Shown here in pieces: positions 17,166-26,808 of a stretch of DNA of 64,000 bases. This DNA comes from Acidimicrobiia bacterium (GTDB taxonomy: Bacteria > Actinomycetota > Acidimicrobiia > Acidimicrobiales > Bin134). Location: NCBI GenBank assembly GCA_022819825.1, contig JAJEGM010000020.1, forward strand, positions 6,053 through 70,052. Direction: 5' to 3'. The notes beneath the pieces are model-generated. The model had not been told where the DNA came from and did no database searches. It saw nothing but the letters and a program-made list of their open reading frames with translations. Each line of letters opens with the position of its first letter. Positions within the stretch are counted from its first letter, which is position 1. Position numbers and translations under genes: made by a program.

Positions 17166-20100
17166 TCAGCAGGGGTCTTGGGCGGCTTCTAGGAGGTCGG
17201 CGACGTTGAGGGTTAGGCCGGTTTGGGCGAAGTGGGGGGTGTAGTCGGAGAAGGGGTTGATGAGGTAGCGGACGATGGGGGGTGCGGCGGGGTCGTCGGG
17301 GACAGATACGACGGCTAGGCGCCAGTGGTCGGGGAGGGATTTGGCTTTGCTGATCTGTTGGGCGCTGATGTGGATTTCGGTGGTGCGGGGGAGGTGGCCT
17401 TTGACTTCGATGAAGTAGTGGGTACCGGATTTGGGGTCGATGGAGAGCACGTCGTAGCCGGGATTGCTGTGGGCTTGGGCCTCGGGGTTGCGGCCGAGGG
17501 CTCGTTCGGCTTCAAGGACGGCGGCGACGGCTCGGCGGTCGGTTTCCATCTTGTCGGCGGTGTCTTCGGGGTCGGGCGGCATACCTCGGAGCTGGTCGAT
17601 GAGTCCTTGGGGGACGACGATGGCCGCGCCCACGATGGTGGGCGGGCTGTTGTGGAGGTCGCTCTCCCGGTCTAGGTCCAATCGGCGACGGGTAAGCCGA
17701 GTGGCTAAATCGTCGGCCCTTGCACGGGCACGGCCCGAATTGAGGCGGGGCTTTTGGCCAGCTAGCTCTTGTTTCTTCAACTCTTCGGCTCGCTGGTCCC
17801 AGTAGTGGATTTCGGCTTGGAGGCGTTCTCGTACTGCTTCTTTGACTTTCGCTACTCGAGCTTCGGTGACACGGACGATCTCCTCGAAGTGGGGCTGGGA
17901 GAGGTGTTCTATGGCCCAGCTCTTGGCAGTTTCTTCAGCGGTGTAGTCGGCCCAGTCCAAATCGAGATGGCCGTCCAGCAGCGCTTGGTCTTCCTCGGCC
18001 AGCGGGGCATAGCCGATGTAGGGCTCGTTGCCGGCGCTGTTGGCGTTGCCTTGTCGGTCGATCTCGACGTACTGGAATCGCCGGGAAACCACTTGGCGGT
18101 GGCCGTGAACCTGCCGCCCATCAGTGACGGAATGATCGAGATAGACCAAAAGGCGAGGGTCGGTTGACTGGTCTTGGGGGTCAACCAAGGTCGCTCCCCG
18201 CGACAACGTGTCCTCATGATCGGCGAGGACTCTGTTGATGACCGAGGTGAGCAGCGGCGTGCCCGGCGAGATCAGCTCGGCCCGGTCGCCTCCGTCGATC
18301 TGGATGCAGGCTTTGTCGAAGGTCACCCGCTCGTAACGGTCGTGTACTGGTCCGAGACCAGGATCAGCGTGCGAACGGATCGTCGCCGGGATTCGGGTGA
18401 CCTCAAAGCGGCCTCGTTCCCGTCCGGTGATGCGCCCTCCGTACTGGCGAAGGGCCTCAGAGAAGAAGGCATGGACGAACCACGGTTGCAGTTTGCGGGC
18501 CCGGGCCCGCTCCATATCCTCTCGGATCTTGTCGTTGGCCGCCGGATCAGAAAGGCCGCCCACTAGGGCTCGCTCCTCCAGTACATCTACCAGCTGCTTG
18601 CCGATGTCGCCCTCGATCACTTCCTGCATGTAATCGAGGTGGGCGGGATCGTCGTCGTCGGTGATGGCCTTGAGCAGCAGTTCCTGAAGGGAAGTGTTGA
18701 TGTGGGAGTCGCCCAGCACGTCATAGACCTGATCGCCATACACGCCCCGCTGCTGCTCGATCTTCTCGAACAGCCGGCTGAACACCACTCCCTCTCTGGT
18801 CTCGTGGGCAACCATGTTCCACAGGTGGCAGGGCCGCTGCTGGCCGATGCGGTGGATGCGGCCGAACCTCTGCTCGATGCGGTTAGGGTTCCAGGGCAGA
18901 TCGTAGTTGACCATCATGTTGGCCACTTGGAGATTGACACCCTCGCCAGCAGCGTCGGTGGCCACCAGCACCCTCACCGTGGGGTCAACTCGGAATCGAT
19001 CTTGTATAGCCCGCCGGTCGTGGCGCTTGACGCCTCCGTGGATGATCGCCACAGCCTCAGGTCGGCCTAGTTCGGCAATGATCCGGTCGGCCACATAGTC
19101 CAGCGTGTCTTTGTGCTCCGAGAACACAATCAGCTTCCGGGGACCCGACAAGGTGGCATCGCCATCGGGGTTCTCACCTTTACCGGTTCGGAGCTGCTCT
19201 GACCGCAGGAGATTGCGCAGCTCGGTCCACTTGGTGTCAGTACCGCTGTTGCGCACACGATCGGCCAGATCAATCAAGGGGCCGAGCAGCTCGACCTCGG
19301 CTTCTTTGCCCTCAGCGGTTTCGTCGGCTGAAGCAGAATCAATCGCGAAATCTTCAAGATCTTCCCGTTCCTCGGAGTCGTAGTCATCGAAATCGACTTC
19401 CTGAAAGTCGCTCAGCTTCACTCCTTTAGGCAGATCGGTGACCGGCACTGGGTCGCCGCTGGCAGCAAGCCGGCGCAATTCGGCAGCTTGATCAGCAAGA
19501 CGATCTCGACGTCGACGCAGAGAGTGGTAGATAGCCGCTGGCGACGATGCCAGACGACGCTGAAGAGCAGCCAGCGCGAATCCAAAGATGATTCCCCGTC
19601 GGCGGTCACCCTCCTCCTGCATTTGGGCGGCCAGATCCATTCCATCACGCACATAATCAGTAACGGCTTCGTACAGCGCTTGCTCGAGTTCTGACAGCTC
19701 GAAGTTGAGGCTGTGGGCAAACCGCTTAGGAAACAGGCGCCTTCCCTCAAAAGTGCGCAGGTTCTCCTTCACCAAACGACGCATCACGTCGTCGGTTTCA
19801 GGCATTTCGTCGTCTCGTAGCCGCCCGGCGAATCGCTCTGGATCGATAAGGGTCATGAAGGCCAAGAAGTCCTCGTTCTTGCCGTTATGGGGGGTGGCCG
19901 AAAGAAGAAGGAAGTGGCGGGTGCGGTCACGCAGCACCTCGCCCAACGCGAAACGCTTGGTCCTGCGCAGCTCGTCGCCATAGAGGTGGGCAGACATCTT
20001 GTGGGCCTCGTCCACAATCACCAGGTCCCAGTCGGCCAGCTTCAGTTTCTCAATGAGGTCTTCGGCTCGCGATAACTGGTCGATTCTGGACACCAGCAGG

Positions 20101-20702
20101 TTTTTCTCCAGAAACGGGTTGCCTGTTCGCGACACTTCTACCGCCGAGCGGGACATCAGCTCGAAGCTGAGGCCGAATTTGTCCCATAGTTCGTCTTGCC
20201 ACTGCTCCACCAGGCTGCCGGGAGCGACGATCAGACAGCGGGCCACGTCGCCTCGCAGCATCAGCTCGCGGATCAACAGCCCCGACATGATGGTTTTGCC
20301 GGCACCGGGATCGTCGGCCAGCAGGAACTTGAGCGGACGCTGTTCCAGGAACCGGTTGTAGACGGCGTCGATCTGGTGGGGGTAGGGCTCGATGTTGGAG
20401 GTGTCCACCGCGGCATAGGGATCGGCCAAGTGCGCCGACTTCATGCGGCGAGCCTCAGACGCCAGGCGAAATGCGGCACCGTCGGCGTCGAAGCTCCACC
20501 GTTGCTGGGACACCTCCTGGATGGTGGCCAGGTCGTCCAGCGTGATGATCCGCTCCCCGAGCCCGCCGATGGCCGACCGATAGGTCAAGGTTGCTGACCC
20601 GGCACCGTGAACGTTGATGGCAACTACAGTCACGTCGCCGTCAGCCACCACCCCCGAGAGCCGCATTCCGGCGATCAGGTCGTCGAACTCCAGGGCAACC
20701 AT
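17166..20702 (-). CDS. SNF2-family helicase with C-terminal DUF3883-type PD-(D/E)xK nuclease
   Basis: LLADDPGAGKT, DEAH, SATPH, EGVNLQ and QRFGRIHR motifs; C-terminal GYDV.S...FIEVKG. Confidence 0.92.
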   Translation of the reverse strand: MVALEFDDLIAGMRLSGVVADGDVTVVAINVHGAGSATLTYRSAIGGLGERIITLDDLATIQEVSQQRWSFDADGAAFRLASEARRMKSAHLADPYAAVDTSNIEPYPHQIDAVYNRFLEQRPLKFLLADDPGAGKTIMSGLLIRELMLRGDVARCLIVAPGSLVEQWQDELWDKFGLSFELMSRSAVEVSRTGNPFLEKNLLVSRIDQLSRAEDLIEKLKLADWDLVIVDEAHKMSAHLYGDELRRTKRFALGEVLRDRTRHFLLLSATPHNGKNEDFLAFMTLIDPERFAGRLRDDEMPETDDVMRRLVKENLRTFEGRRLFPKRFAHSLNFELSELEQALYEAVTDYVRDGMDLAAQMQEEGDRRRGIIFGFALAALQRRLASSPAAIYHSLRRRRDRLADQAAELRRLAASGDPVPVTDLPKGVKLSDFQEVDFDDYDSEEREDLEDFAIDSASADETAEGKEAEVELLGPLIDLADRVRNSGTDTKWTELRNLLRSEQLRTGKGENPDGDATLSGPRKLIVFSEHKDTLDYVADRIIAELGRPEAVAIIHGGVKRHDRRAIQDRFRVDPTVRVLVATDAAGEGVNLQVANMMVNYDLPWNPNRIEQRFGRIHRIGQQRPCHLWNMVAHETREGVVFSRLFEKIEQQRGVYGDQVYDVLGDSHINTSLQELLLKAITDDDDPAHLDYMQEVIEGDIGKQLVDVLEERALVGGLSDPAANDKIREDMERARARKLQPWFVHAFFSEALRQYGGRITGRERGRFEVTRIPATIRSHADPGLGPVHDRYERVTFDKACIQIDGGDRAELISPGTPLLTSVINRVLADHEDTLSRGATLVDPQDQSTDPRLLVYLDHSVTDGRQVHGHRQVVSRRFQYVEIDRQGNANSAGNEPYIGYAPLAEEDQALLDGHLDLDWADYTAEETAKSWAIEHLSQPHFEEIVRVTEARVAKVKEAVRERLQAEIHYWDQRAEELKKQELAGQKPRLNSGRARARADDLATRLTRRRLDLDRESDLHNSPPTIVGAAIVVPQGLIDQLRGMPPDPEDTADKMETDRRAVAAVLEAERALGRNPEAQAHSNPGYDVLSIDPKSGTHYFIEVKGHLPRTTEIHISAQQISKAKSLPDHWRLAVVSVPDDPAAPPIVRYLINPFSDYTPHFAQTGLTLNVADLLEAAQDPC

Positions 20703-20725
20703 CCGGGCCACGCTACCCTGCGGCC
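20703..20725. promoter_or_regulatory. Overlapping divergent -10 boxes for the helicase and SDR genes
   Basis: TAGCGT (- strand, 20710-20715) 7 nt from ATG 20702; TACCCT (+, 20714-20719) 6 nt from ATG 20726. Confidence 0.55.
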
Positions 20726-21631
20726 ATGAGCAAGAGGCTGGATGGAAAAGCGGCGATGGTTACGGGGGCGGGGAATGGGATTGGGCGGGCTATTGCGCTG
20801 CTGTTGGCGGAGCATGGGGCGCAGGTGGTGGTGAACGACCTGGGGACCGACGAGCTGGGCGATGGGGCTGACGCTTCCCATGCGGCCCGGACGGTGGCCG
20901 ATATCGAGGCGGCGGGGGGCACGGCGGTGGCCAACCACTCAGACGTGGCCAGCTTCAAGGGGGCTGGGGCGGTGGTGCAGCAAGTGGTGGATACCTATGG
21001 GCGTATCGACATCGCGGTGAACTGCGCTGGGGCGGCCATCGAGGGGTCGATCTATGAGATGGCACCGGAGCTGTACCACAAGACCATTGCCTTGCAGATG
21101 TCTCAGAAGTGGTACATCGCCCGCCATGCGGTGCCGCTGATGGTGGCCCAGGGATGGGGCCGGGTGGTGAACACCACCTCGCACGGGGCGCTGGGCGATC
21201 TGGGCCAGCCGGCGTTCGCCGCAGCCATGGGTGGGGTGATCTCCATGACCAAGGCGCTGGCCACCGAGACGGCGGGCACTGGTGTCACCGTGAACTGCCT
21301 GGCCCCGGGGGCCGCCACCCGGCTGCACGCCAAATCGCACGATGGCTTCAAAGCCTGGCACGAACAGGGGATCATCGACGACGAGATGTGGCAGAGCTAC
21401 CTCACCACTCCCCCGCCCGAGTACGTGGCCCCCTCGGCGGTGTGGCTGTGTACCGACGCCGCCGACTACATCAGCGGCCACGTGGTCCACGCCGCCGGCG
21501 GCCAGGTGGCGGTGTTCAACGAGCTGCGAGAGGAGCGGGCCATCTACCGGGGCGACCACGCCGAGGTGGACCCGTGGACCTTGGACGAGCTCGACCACCT
21601 GTTTCCCCGCAACCTGCTGCCCCGGCCCTGA
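20726..21631 (+). CDS. SDR family oxidoreductase
   Basis: TGAGNGIG, VVVNDLG, NCAG; the usual YxxxK reads FAAAM (atypical). Confidence 0.85.
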   Translation: MSKRLDGKAAMVTGAGNGIGRAIALLLAEHGAQVVVNDLGTDELGDGADASHAARTVADIEAAGGTAVANHSDVASFKGAGAVVQQVVDTYGRIDIAVNCAGAAIEGSIYEMAPELYHKTIALQMSQKWYIARHAVPLMVAQGWGRVVNTTSHGALGDLGQPAFAAAMGGVISMTKALATETAGTGVTVNCLAPGAATRLHAKSHDGFKAWHEQGIIDDEMWQSYLTTPPPEYVAPSAVWLCTDAADYISGHVVHAAGGQVAVFNELREERAIYRGDHAEVDPWTLDELDHLFPRNLLPRP

Positions 21632-21658
21632 GCAACCAGGCTCGCCATCGGCGGGCGC

Positions 21659-22264
21659 TCAAAGGGCGTGCTGGCACACCCAGCGGTGCATGGCGATGCC
21701 TGAGGCCACCCCCGCATTGATGGAGCGGGTGGAGCCGAACTGGGTGATGGCCAGCACCGCCTCACACACCTCCACTGCCTCGGGCGACAGACCAGGACCT
21801 TCCTGGCCGAAGATCAGCACACAGCGCTCGGGCAGCGAATAGCCCTCGATGGGCTCGGTGCCGGGGCCGTTGTCGATGCCCAAGATCGGCAGCTCGGCCT
21901 CAGCGGCCCAGGCCACAAGGTCGTCCAGCTCGGGATGGTGCAGCACGTGGAGGTAGCGGTCGGTGACCATGGCCCCCCGACGGTTCCAGCGCCGCTTACC
22001 CACGATGTGTACCGCAGCGGCGCCGAAGGCGTTGGCGTTGCGCACCACGGTCCCGATGTTGAGGTCGTGCTGCCAGTTCTCAACTGCGACGTGGAACCCG
22101 TGGCGGCGGGCGTCAAGGTCGGCCACGATGGCCTCTTGGCGCCAGAAGCGGTAGGCGTCCACCACGTTGCGGGTGTCGCCAGCCTCCACCAGTTCGGGGT
22201 CGAGGTGGGGCGGAAGGCGCTCAACCCAGCGTGGCAACGTCTTTACCCCTGGACCTGCCGACAC
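21659..22264 (-). CDS. TrmH/SpoU RNA methyltransferase
   Basis: DLNIGTVVRNANAF, FGQEGPGL and RSINAGVA motifs. Confidence 0.9.
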   Translation of the reverse strand: MSAGPGVKTLPRWVERLPPHLDPELVEAGDTRNVVDAYRFWRQEAIVADLDARRHGFHVAVENWQHDLNIGTVVRNANAFGAAAVHIVGKRRWNRRGAMVTDRYLHVLHHPELDDLVAWAAEAELPILGIDNGPGTEPIEGYSLPERCVLIFGQEGPGLSPEAVEVCEAVLAITQFGSTRSINAGVASGIAMHRWVCQHAL

Positions 22265-22312
22265 TCATCGGATGACGGTACCAATCCGATGACAATCGAC
22301 TAGAAACTGCCC

Positions 22313-23581
22313 ATGGCCAACCGCCTTGTTCGCGCTGCGACATCGATACTGCTGGCCGTGGTGATGTTGGCAACTGCATGCAGCGATGCCGACACTCCCG
22401 CCATCGGCGACGGCACCCTGGGCACGGTCACCGTGGGCCGGGGCGACTCCGTCCAAATCCGCTCGATCAGCTCCTTCGAGGACATGAGCGCCGGTGCCCG
22501 CGACTACATCAATATCGTGAAGATGGCCATCGATGACTACGGGCCGATCCATGGCGAATTCACCGTCGGGCTCGGCGAGGGCATCCACGACGGGTGCTCA
22601 GCCGATGAAGGTCCGAGAGTTGCCGAAGCCGCGCTGGCTGATGACGATGTGGTGGGGGTAATCGGCACATCCTGCTCGTCGACCGCCACCACCGCGGTGC
22701 CGTTGATCACCGCAGCGGGGCTGGTGGTGATCTCCATGTCGAATAGCTCGCCAGCGCTAACCTCCGATCTGGCCGGCACGCCGGCCGAGCACTACCAGCC
22801 GGGGTACTACCGCACGTCTCACAACGACCTGTACCAGGGTGAGGCGGTGTCCTCCTTCCTGCACGACACGCTCGGGGCGCAAAGCGCGGCGATTGTCCAC
22901 GAGGGGGACGCCTATACCCGAGGGCTGGCCCAGGCATTCCGCTCCTCGTTCGAGCGCAGCGGCGGCACCGTAACCGGCTTCGTGGAGGTCAACTCGGACG
23001 CGTCTGACCTGGCCGAAGTGCTGACCCGTCTAGCCTCCGGCAATCCCGATGCGCTGTACTTCCCGCTCACCCAAGACACGGCTGCCGAGTTCATCGAGGC
23101 CTTGAGACGCAATGGAGGCTTCGAGGACACGGTGCTGGCGTCGGGCGACGGCGTTCTGCACGACGAATTCTTGGCCTTGGACTCCTCACGGGGGGTGTTC
23201 GTCTCCGGTCCCGACCTCGGCTTCGGCGGCAATGCCAACCAGGCCACCGGCGTGGACGCCGACCAAGCAGCCGAACGGTTCACAACCAAAACTGGGTCGC
23301 CGCCCCACCGGGCTTTCTGGGCCCATGCCTACGACGCCACAACGCTGCTGCTGGATGCCATTACTGCCGCATCTCGTATCGAGGGCCGCGAACTGGTGAT
23401 CGATCGGGCGGGGATCCGCCAGTACCTCAACCAGGTCGCCGACTACCAGGGGCTCATCGGCGACATCAACTGCGATGCATACGGGGATTGCGGTTCAGGG
23501 CGGATAGCCATCATCGAGCACCTGAACCCCGACGACACCCTTGCCTCCCGGGACAACGTGGTCTTTCGGTTTTCCCCGTAG
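22313..23581 (+). CDS. LivJ/K-like ABC substrate-binding lipoprotein
   Basis: Lipobox LATAC; VIGTSCS, YYRT..ND..QG and AYDA motifs. Confidence 0.85.
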   Translation: MANRLVRAATSILLAVVMLATACSDADTPAIGDGTLGTVTVGRGDSVQIRSISSFEDMSAGARDYINIVKMAIDDYGPIHGEFTVGLGEGIHDGCSADEGPRVAEAALADDDVVGVIGTSCSSTATTAVPLITAAGLVVISMSNSSPALTSDLAGTPAEHYQPGYYRTSHNDLYQGEAVSSFLHDTLGAQSAAIVHEGDAYTRGLAQAFRSSFERSGGTVTGFVEVNSDASDLAEVLTRLASGNPDALYFPLTQDTAAEFIEALRRNGGFEDTVLASGDGVLHDEFLALDSSRGVFVSGPDLGFGGNANQATGVDADQAAERFTTKTGSPPHRAFWAHAYDATTLLLDAITAASRIEGRELVIDRAGIRQYLNQVADYQGLIGDINCDAYGDCGSGRIAIIEHLNPDDTLASRDNVVFRFSP

Positions 23582-23598
23582 TCCCCCGCCGCAGGCCC

Positions 23599-24621
23599 TT
23601 AGACCATCGCGGCGATCCGCTCGGCGTGCTCGTCGAGCGATCCGAAACAGGGGGTGAGCGCCCAAGCCCGCTTGAGGTAGAGGCGGGCGTCGATCTCCCA
23701 TGTGAAGCCCATACCGCCGTGGATTTGCACGCAGTCTTTCCCGTTGTGATCGGCGGCTTCGGCGGCCAGGATGCGGGCGCCTGATATCGCCCGGACCATG
23801 TCCGGCTGCTCGTGATCACCTCGAACGTCGCCAGGATCAATCGTGCATCCGTGGAAGAACAGATAGTCGCCGGGGCTGGCGGGCAAGCCAGGCCCCATCG
23901 TGGCGTCCATCACGCAGCCGGCGTAGTACAGGGCGGCTCGGGCCACCTCTTCGCGGCTGTACATGTCGGCGCACTTGTGCTTGATGGCCTGGAATTGGCC
24001 GATGGGCTTGCCGAATTGCTGGCGCTCCTGGGCATAGGCCACGGCCAGCTCCCGAGCACCCGTTGCCAAGCCCACTTGGAGGGCCGAACTCAAGAACACC
24101 GCTCGGTTGGCCCAGCCGTAGCAGCCGTCGACCTCTTCACCCTGGGGCAGTTCGGCCACCCGGCCCACCGGGGTCAGCGGGTCCACCGACTGGGCCGGCT
24201 CCACCGACAGCTCGGCGGCGTCCACCCGCCACACGCCCTCCCGATCGATCACCAACAGGGCATTGAGCACATCGGGGTACTCCACCAAGGCGGGCCCGTC
24301 GGTGCGCTCGATGAAGCCGACCACAGCGTCGTCTGTCACCCTCGCGGCCAACAGAGTTCCCACCAGCGGTCCGGGCACCAGGGCTCGGCCCAGTTGTTCG
24401 AACACCAGCCCGGCCTCGGCCCAGCCCAGTCCCACCCCGCCTTCTTCCTCTGGCACCACCAACGAGAACACGCCGGTGTCGGCCAACTCACCCCAGAGTC
24501 GACCGTCCACCCCGCCGCAGTTAGCCAAGCCCCGCACGGTGTCGATGTCGAAGCGGCCCTGGCACAGGTCCCGGATGCCGTCGCACAGGGCAACCTGGTC
24601 ATCGGTTAGCTCGAAGTCCAT
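23599..24621 (-). CDS. Acyl-CoA dehydrogenase (short, probable partner subunit)
   Basis: MDFELTDDQ start; RQQFGKPIGQFQAIKH; QIHGGMGFTWE. Confidence 0.9.
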   Translation of the reverse strand: MDFELTDDQVALCDGIRDLCQGRFDIDTVRGLANCGGVDGRLWGELADTGVFSLVVPEEEGGVGLGWAEAGLVFEQLGRALVPGPLVGTLLAARVTDDAVVGFIERTDGPALVEYPDVLNALLVIDREGVWRVDAAELSVEPAQSVDPLTPVGRVAELPQGEEVDGCYGWANRAVFLSSALQVGLATGARELAVAYAQERQQFGKPIGQFQAIKHKCADMYSREEVARAALYYAGCVMDATMGPGLPASPGDYLFFHGCTIDPGDVRGDHEQPDMVRAISGARILAAEAADHNGKDCVQIHGGMGFTWEIDARLYLKRAWALTPCFGSLDEHAERIAAMV

Positions 24622-24623
24622 GC

Positions 24624-25817
24624 CTACCGCTCCTTGGGCAAGCCCAGGATGCGCTCGCCGATGATGTTCCGCTGGATCTCGGAGGTACCTGCGGCGATCG
24701 ACAAGCTGAGCACGTACAGGCGGCTGGCCACCATGTCTCCCCCGGTCTGTTCGTCGCCCACATCCTCGGCAAGCACGAGGGCGTCCCGCTCGAGCATGCG
24801 GTGGGCCAAGTCGGCCATGCGCTTTTTCACGTCGGCGTAGTAGAGCTTGAACACCGAGCCGCCGGGGCCGGGCATCCCCGTGCGCTGGGCCTGCGAAACA
24901 ACCCGCTTGGTGAGCGCCCACAGGGCGTCGTATTCGGCCTGGAGATGGCCGATCTCCCGGCGAATCTCGTCGTCGTCCCAGGCAGTAGACCCGTTGCGGC
25001 GGATGCCCCGAGCCAATTCGGCCATCTCAGCCAGTTGGTTCATCGTGCCCAGGAGCTCGCTGATGAAGGCGGTGCCGCGCTCGAAGCTGAACGTGACCAT
25101 GGCCACCCGCCAGCCGTCGTTCTCGTCTCCCACCCGGTTCTCCACCGGGATGCGGACCTCGTCGAAGAACACCTCGCAGAATTCGCTGGAACCGGCCACG
25201 GTGGTGATGGGCCGCACTTCGATTCCGGGCAGGTCCATGGGACAGATCAGCCAGGTGATGCCCCGGTGCTTGGGGGCCTCTTGATCGGTGCGTACCAGCA
25301 GCTCGCAGTAGTCGGCCACATGGCCGAACGACGTCCAGATCTTCTGACCGGTCACCACGTAGTGGTCGCCGTCGCGGATGGCCCGGGTGGACAGCGAGGC
25401 CAGATCCGACCCGGCGTTGGGCTCAGAGAACCCCTGGCACCAAACCTCCTCGCCCTTCAACATGGCGGGCAAGTGGAGGGCCTGCTGCTCGGCAGTGGCC
25501 TCCAGTATGAGGGTGGGGCCGGCGTGGAGCTGGGCGACGAAGTTCATCCCCACGTATGGCGCGCCCATCCTGGTGGTCTCCTCCAGAAAGATCAGGTGCT
25601 CGGTGGGAGTGGAGCCCCGGCCGCCGAACTCCGACGGCCAGTTGATGCCCGCGTATCCAGCGTCGTAGAGCTTGCGCTGCCAGCCCATGTCCCATTCCCG
25701 GCGAGCGGTCCAATCGTCGCGGTCGGGAGGATCACCCAGCGTCGGCAGTACTTCGCCGAGCCAGTCGCGCAGCTCGTCGCGGAACGCGATCTCTTCTGCG
25801 GAGAATCGAATATCCAT
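24624..25817 (-). CDS. Acyl-CoA dehydrogenase
   Basis: WCQGFSEPNAGSDL, GQKIWTS and AGTSEIQRN motifs. Confidence 0.93.
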   Translation of the reverse strand: MDIRFSAEEIAFRDELRDWLGEVLPTLGDPPDRDDWTARREWDMGWQRKLYDAGYAGINWPSEFGGRGSTPTEHLIFLEETTRMGAPYVGMNFVAQLHAGPTLILEATAEQQALHLPAMLKGEEVWCQGFSEPNAGSDLASLSTRAIRDGDHYVVTGQKIWTSFGHVADYCELLVRTDQEAPKHRGITWLICPMDLPGIEVRPITTVAGSSEFCEVFFDEVRIPVENRVGDENDGWRVAMVTFSFERGTAFISELLGTMNQLAEMAELARGIRRNGSTAWDDDEIRREIGHLQAEYDALWALTKRVVSQAQRTGMPGPGGSVFKLYYADVKKRMADLAHRMLERDALVLAEDVGDEQTGGDMVASRLYVLSLSIAAGTSEIQRNIIGERILGLPKER

Positions 25818-25838
25818 CGGCTGCGATGGTACCGACCT

Positions 25839-26357
25839 TCAGAGAAGGGTCAGTAGTCGATCCATCAGCGAGTCGATCTCTTGGGCGCAGGCGATGAAGA
25901 TGTCTTCATCAAAGCCACCAGGGTCCACCACCTCCTCGCCGTAGGGCAGCGGGGCGTCGGACAGGTTGAGGGCGGCCACCCGCTGGGCCAAGGACTCGGG
26001 GCCGGATGGCAACTCGTCGACGAGTCGCTTGATGGTGGCGGTGCGGGCCGCGGCCTCGGGGTGGACTCGGCGCACATAGTCCACGTGCTCCGGAGCGAAG
26101 GCCACGATGAGATCGGCGCCTCGGGCGTCCGCGGCGGTCAGCTGGTGGCTGCGATGGCTGCCGTCGGCCAATCCCAGCGACTCCAGCGCCCGCCGAGTTC
26201 GCCCGCTCATGGGCAGACCCTCGATGCTGTGGGTGCCTGCGCCGACAAATCGCACGGCGTCGGTGCGGGCCCGTCCTATGACGGTGGCCATAACGGATCG
26301 GGCGGCGTTGCCTGTACACAGCATCACCACCACCGGCCGGGCGTCTGACTCGGTCAT
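25839..26357 (-). CDS. Low-molecular-weight phosphotyrosine phosphatase/ArsC fold protein
   Basis: CTGNAARS (CX5R), AGT and DP motifs. Confidence 0.8.
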   Translation of the reverse strand: MTESDARPVVVMLCTGNAARSVMATVIGRARTDAVRFVGAGTHSIEGLPMSGRTRRALESLGLADGSHRSHQLTAADARGADLIVAFAPEHVDYVRRVHPEAAARTATIKRLVDELPSGPESLAQRVAALNLSDAPLPYGEEVVDPGGFDEDIFIACAQEIDSLMDRLLTLL

Positions 26358-26400
26358 GGGCAAGCGGACATGTAGCGGACGAACATGGCGTCTGACCCGG

Positions 26401-26808
26401 TCATGGCCGTTCGGCGGCAGGGCGGACGAACAGGGCCTCGGCCTCGGCGGTGAGCACGTCCCCGGCATGGCACTGACCCGCGGCGGTGACCCGCCGGCTG
26501 CGGACCCCGGTCAACTGGCCGGTGAGAACCAGTTCGGAGTTGAGCGGGGTGAGGGCCCGATAGCGCACGGTGAGCCGGCCGGTGAATGCTCCCCGCTGCC
26601 CGGTCAGGCGGTAGGGCAGCACCCCCAGAAGGTTGTCGAACATAGCGGCCAGGTAGCCGCCGTGGACGGCCCCAGGCGGCCCCTGATAATCCTCGCTCAA
26701 GCACACCACCGCGGTCACGGTGGGGTGGCCGAGATCGTCGACGTCGTATCGCACGTCCAGCGCGGGAGGCAGCAATGTGGGCGCATTCAGCCGCCCCGAT
26801 TCGCTCAC
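26401..26808 (-). CDS. PaaI-like hotdog thioesterase
   Basis: GPPGAVHGG...MFD motif. Confidence 0.85.
   Translation of the reverse strand: MSESGRLNAPTLLPPALDVRYDVDDLGHPTVTAVVCLSEDYQGPPGAVHGGYLAAMFDNLLGVLPYRLTGQRGAFTGRLTVRYRALTPLNSELVLTGQLTGVRSRRVTAAGQCHAGDVLTAEAEALFVRPAAERP

Noticed and set aside
5316-20702. Calling the scaffold canonical BREX, DISARM or type III R-M
   Set aside because: No PglZ, BrxA/B/L, DrmA/B or classical Res/Mod pair recognised; only a related architecture is supported
3343-20725. Whole defence island as a single integrative element or prophage
   Set aside because: No integrase, transposase, phage or conjugation gene seen; the 39-bp repeat brackets only 3305-4588 and I found no third copy at the right end
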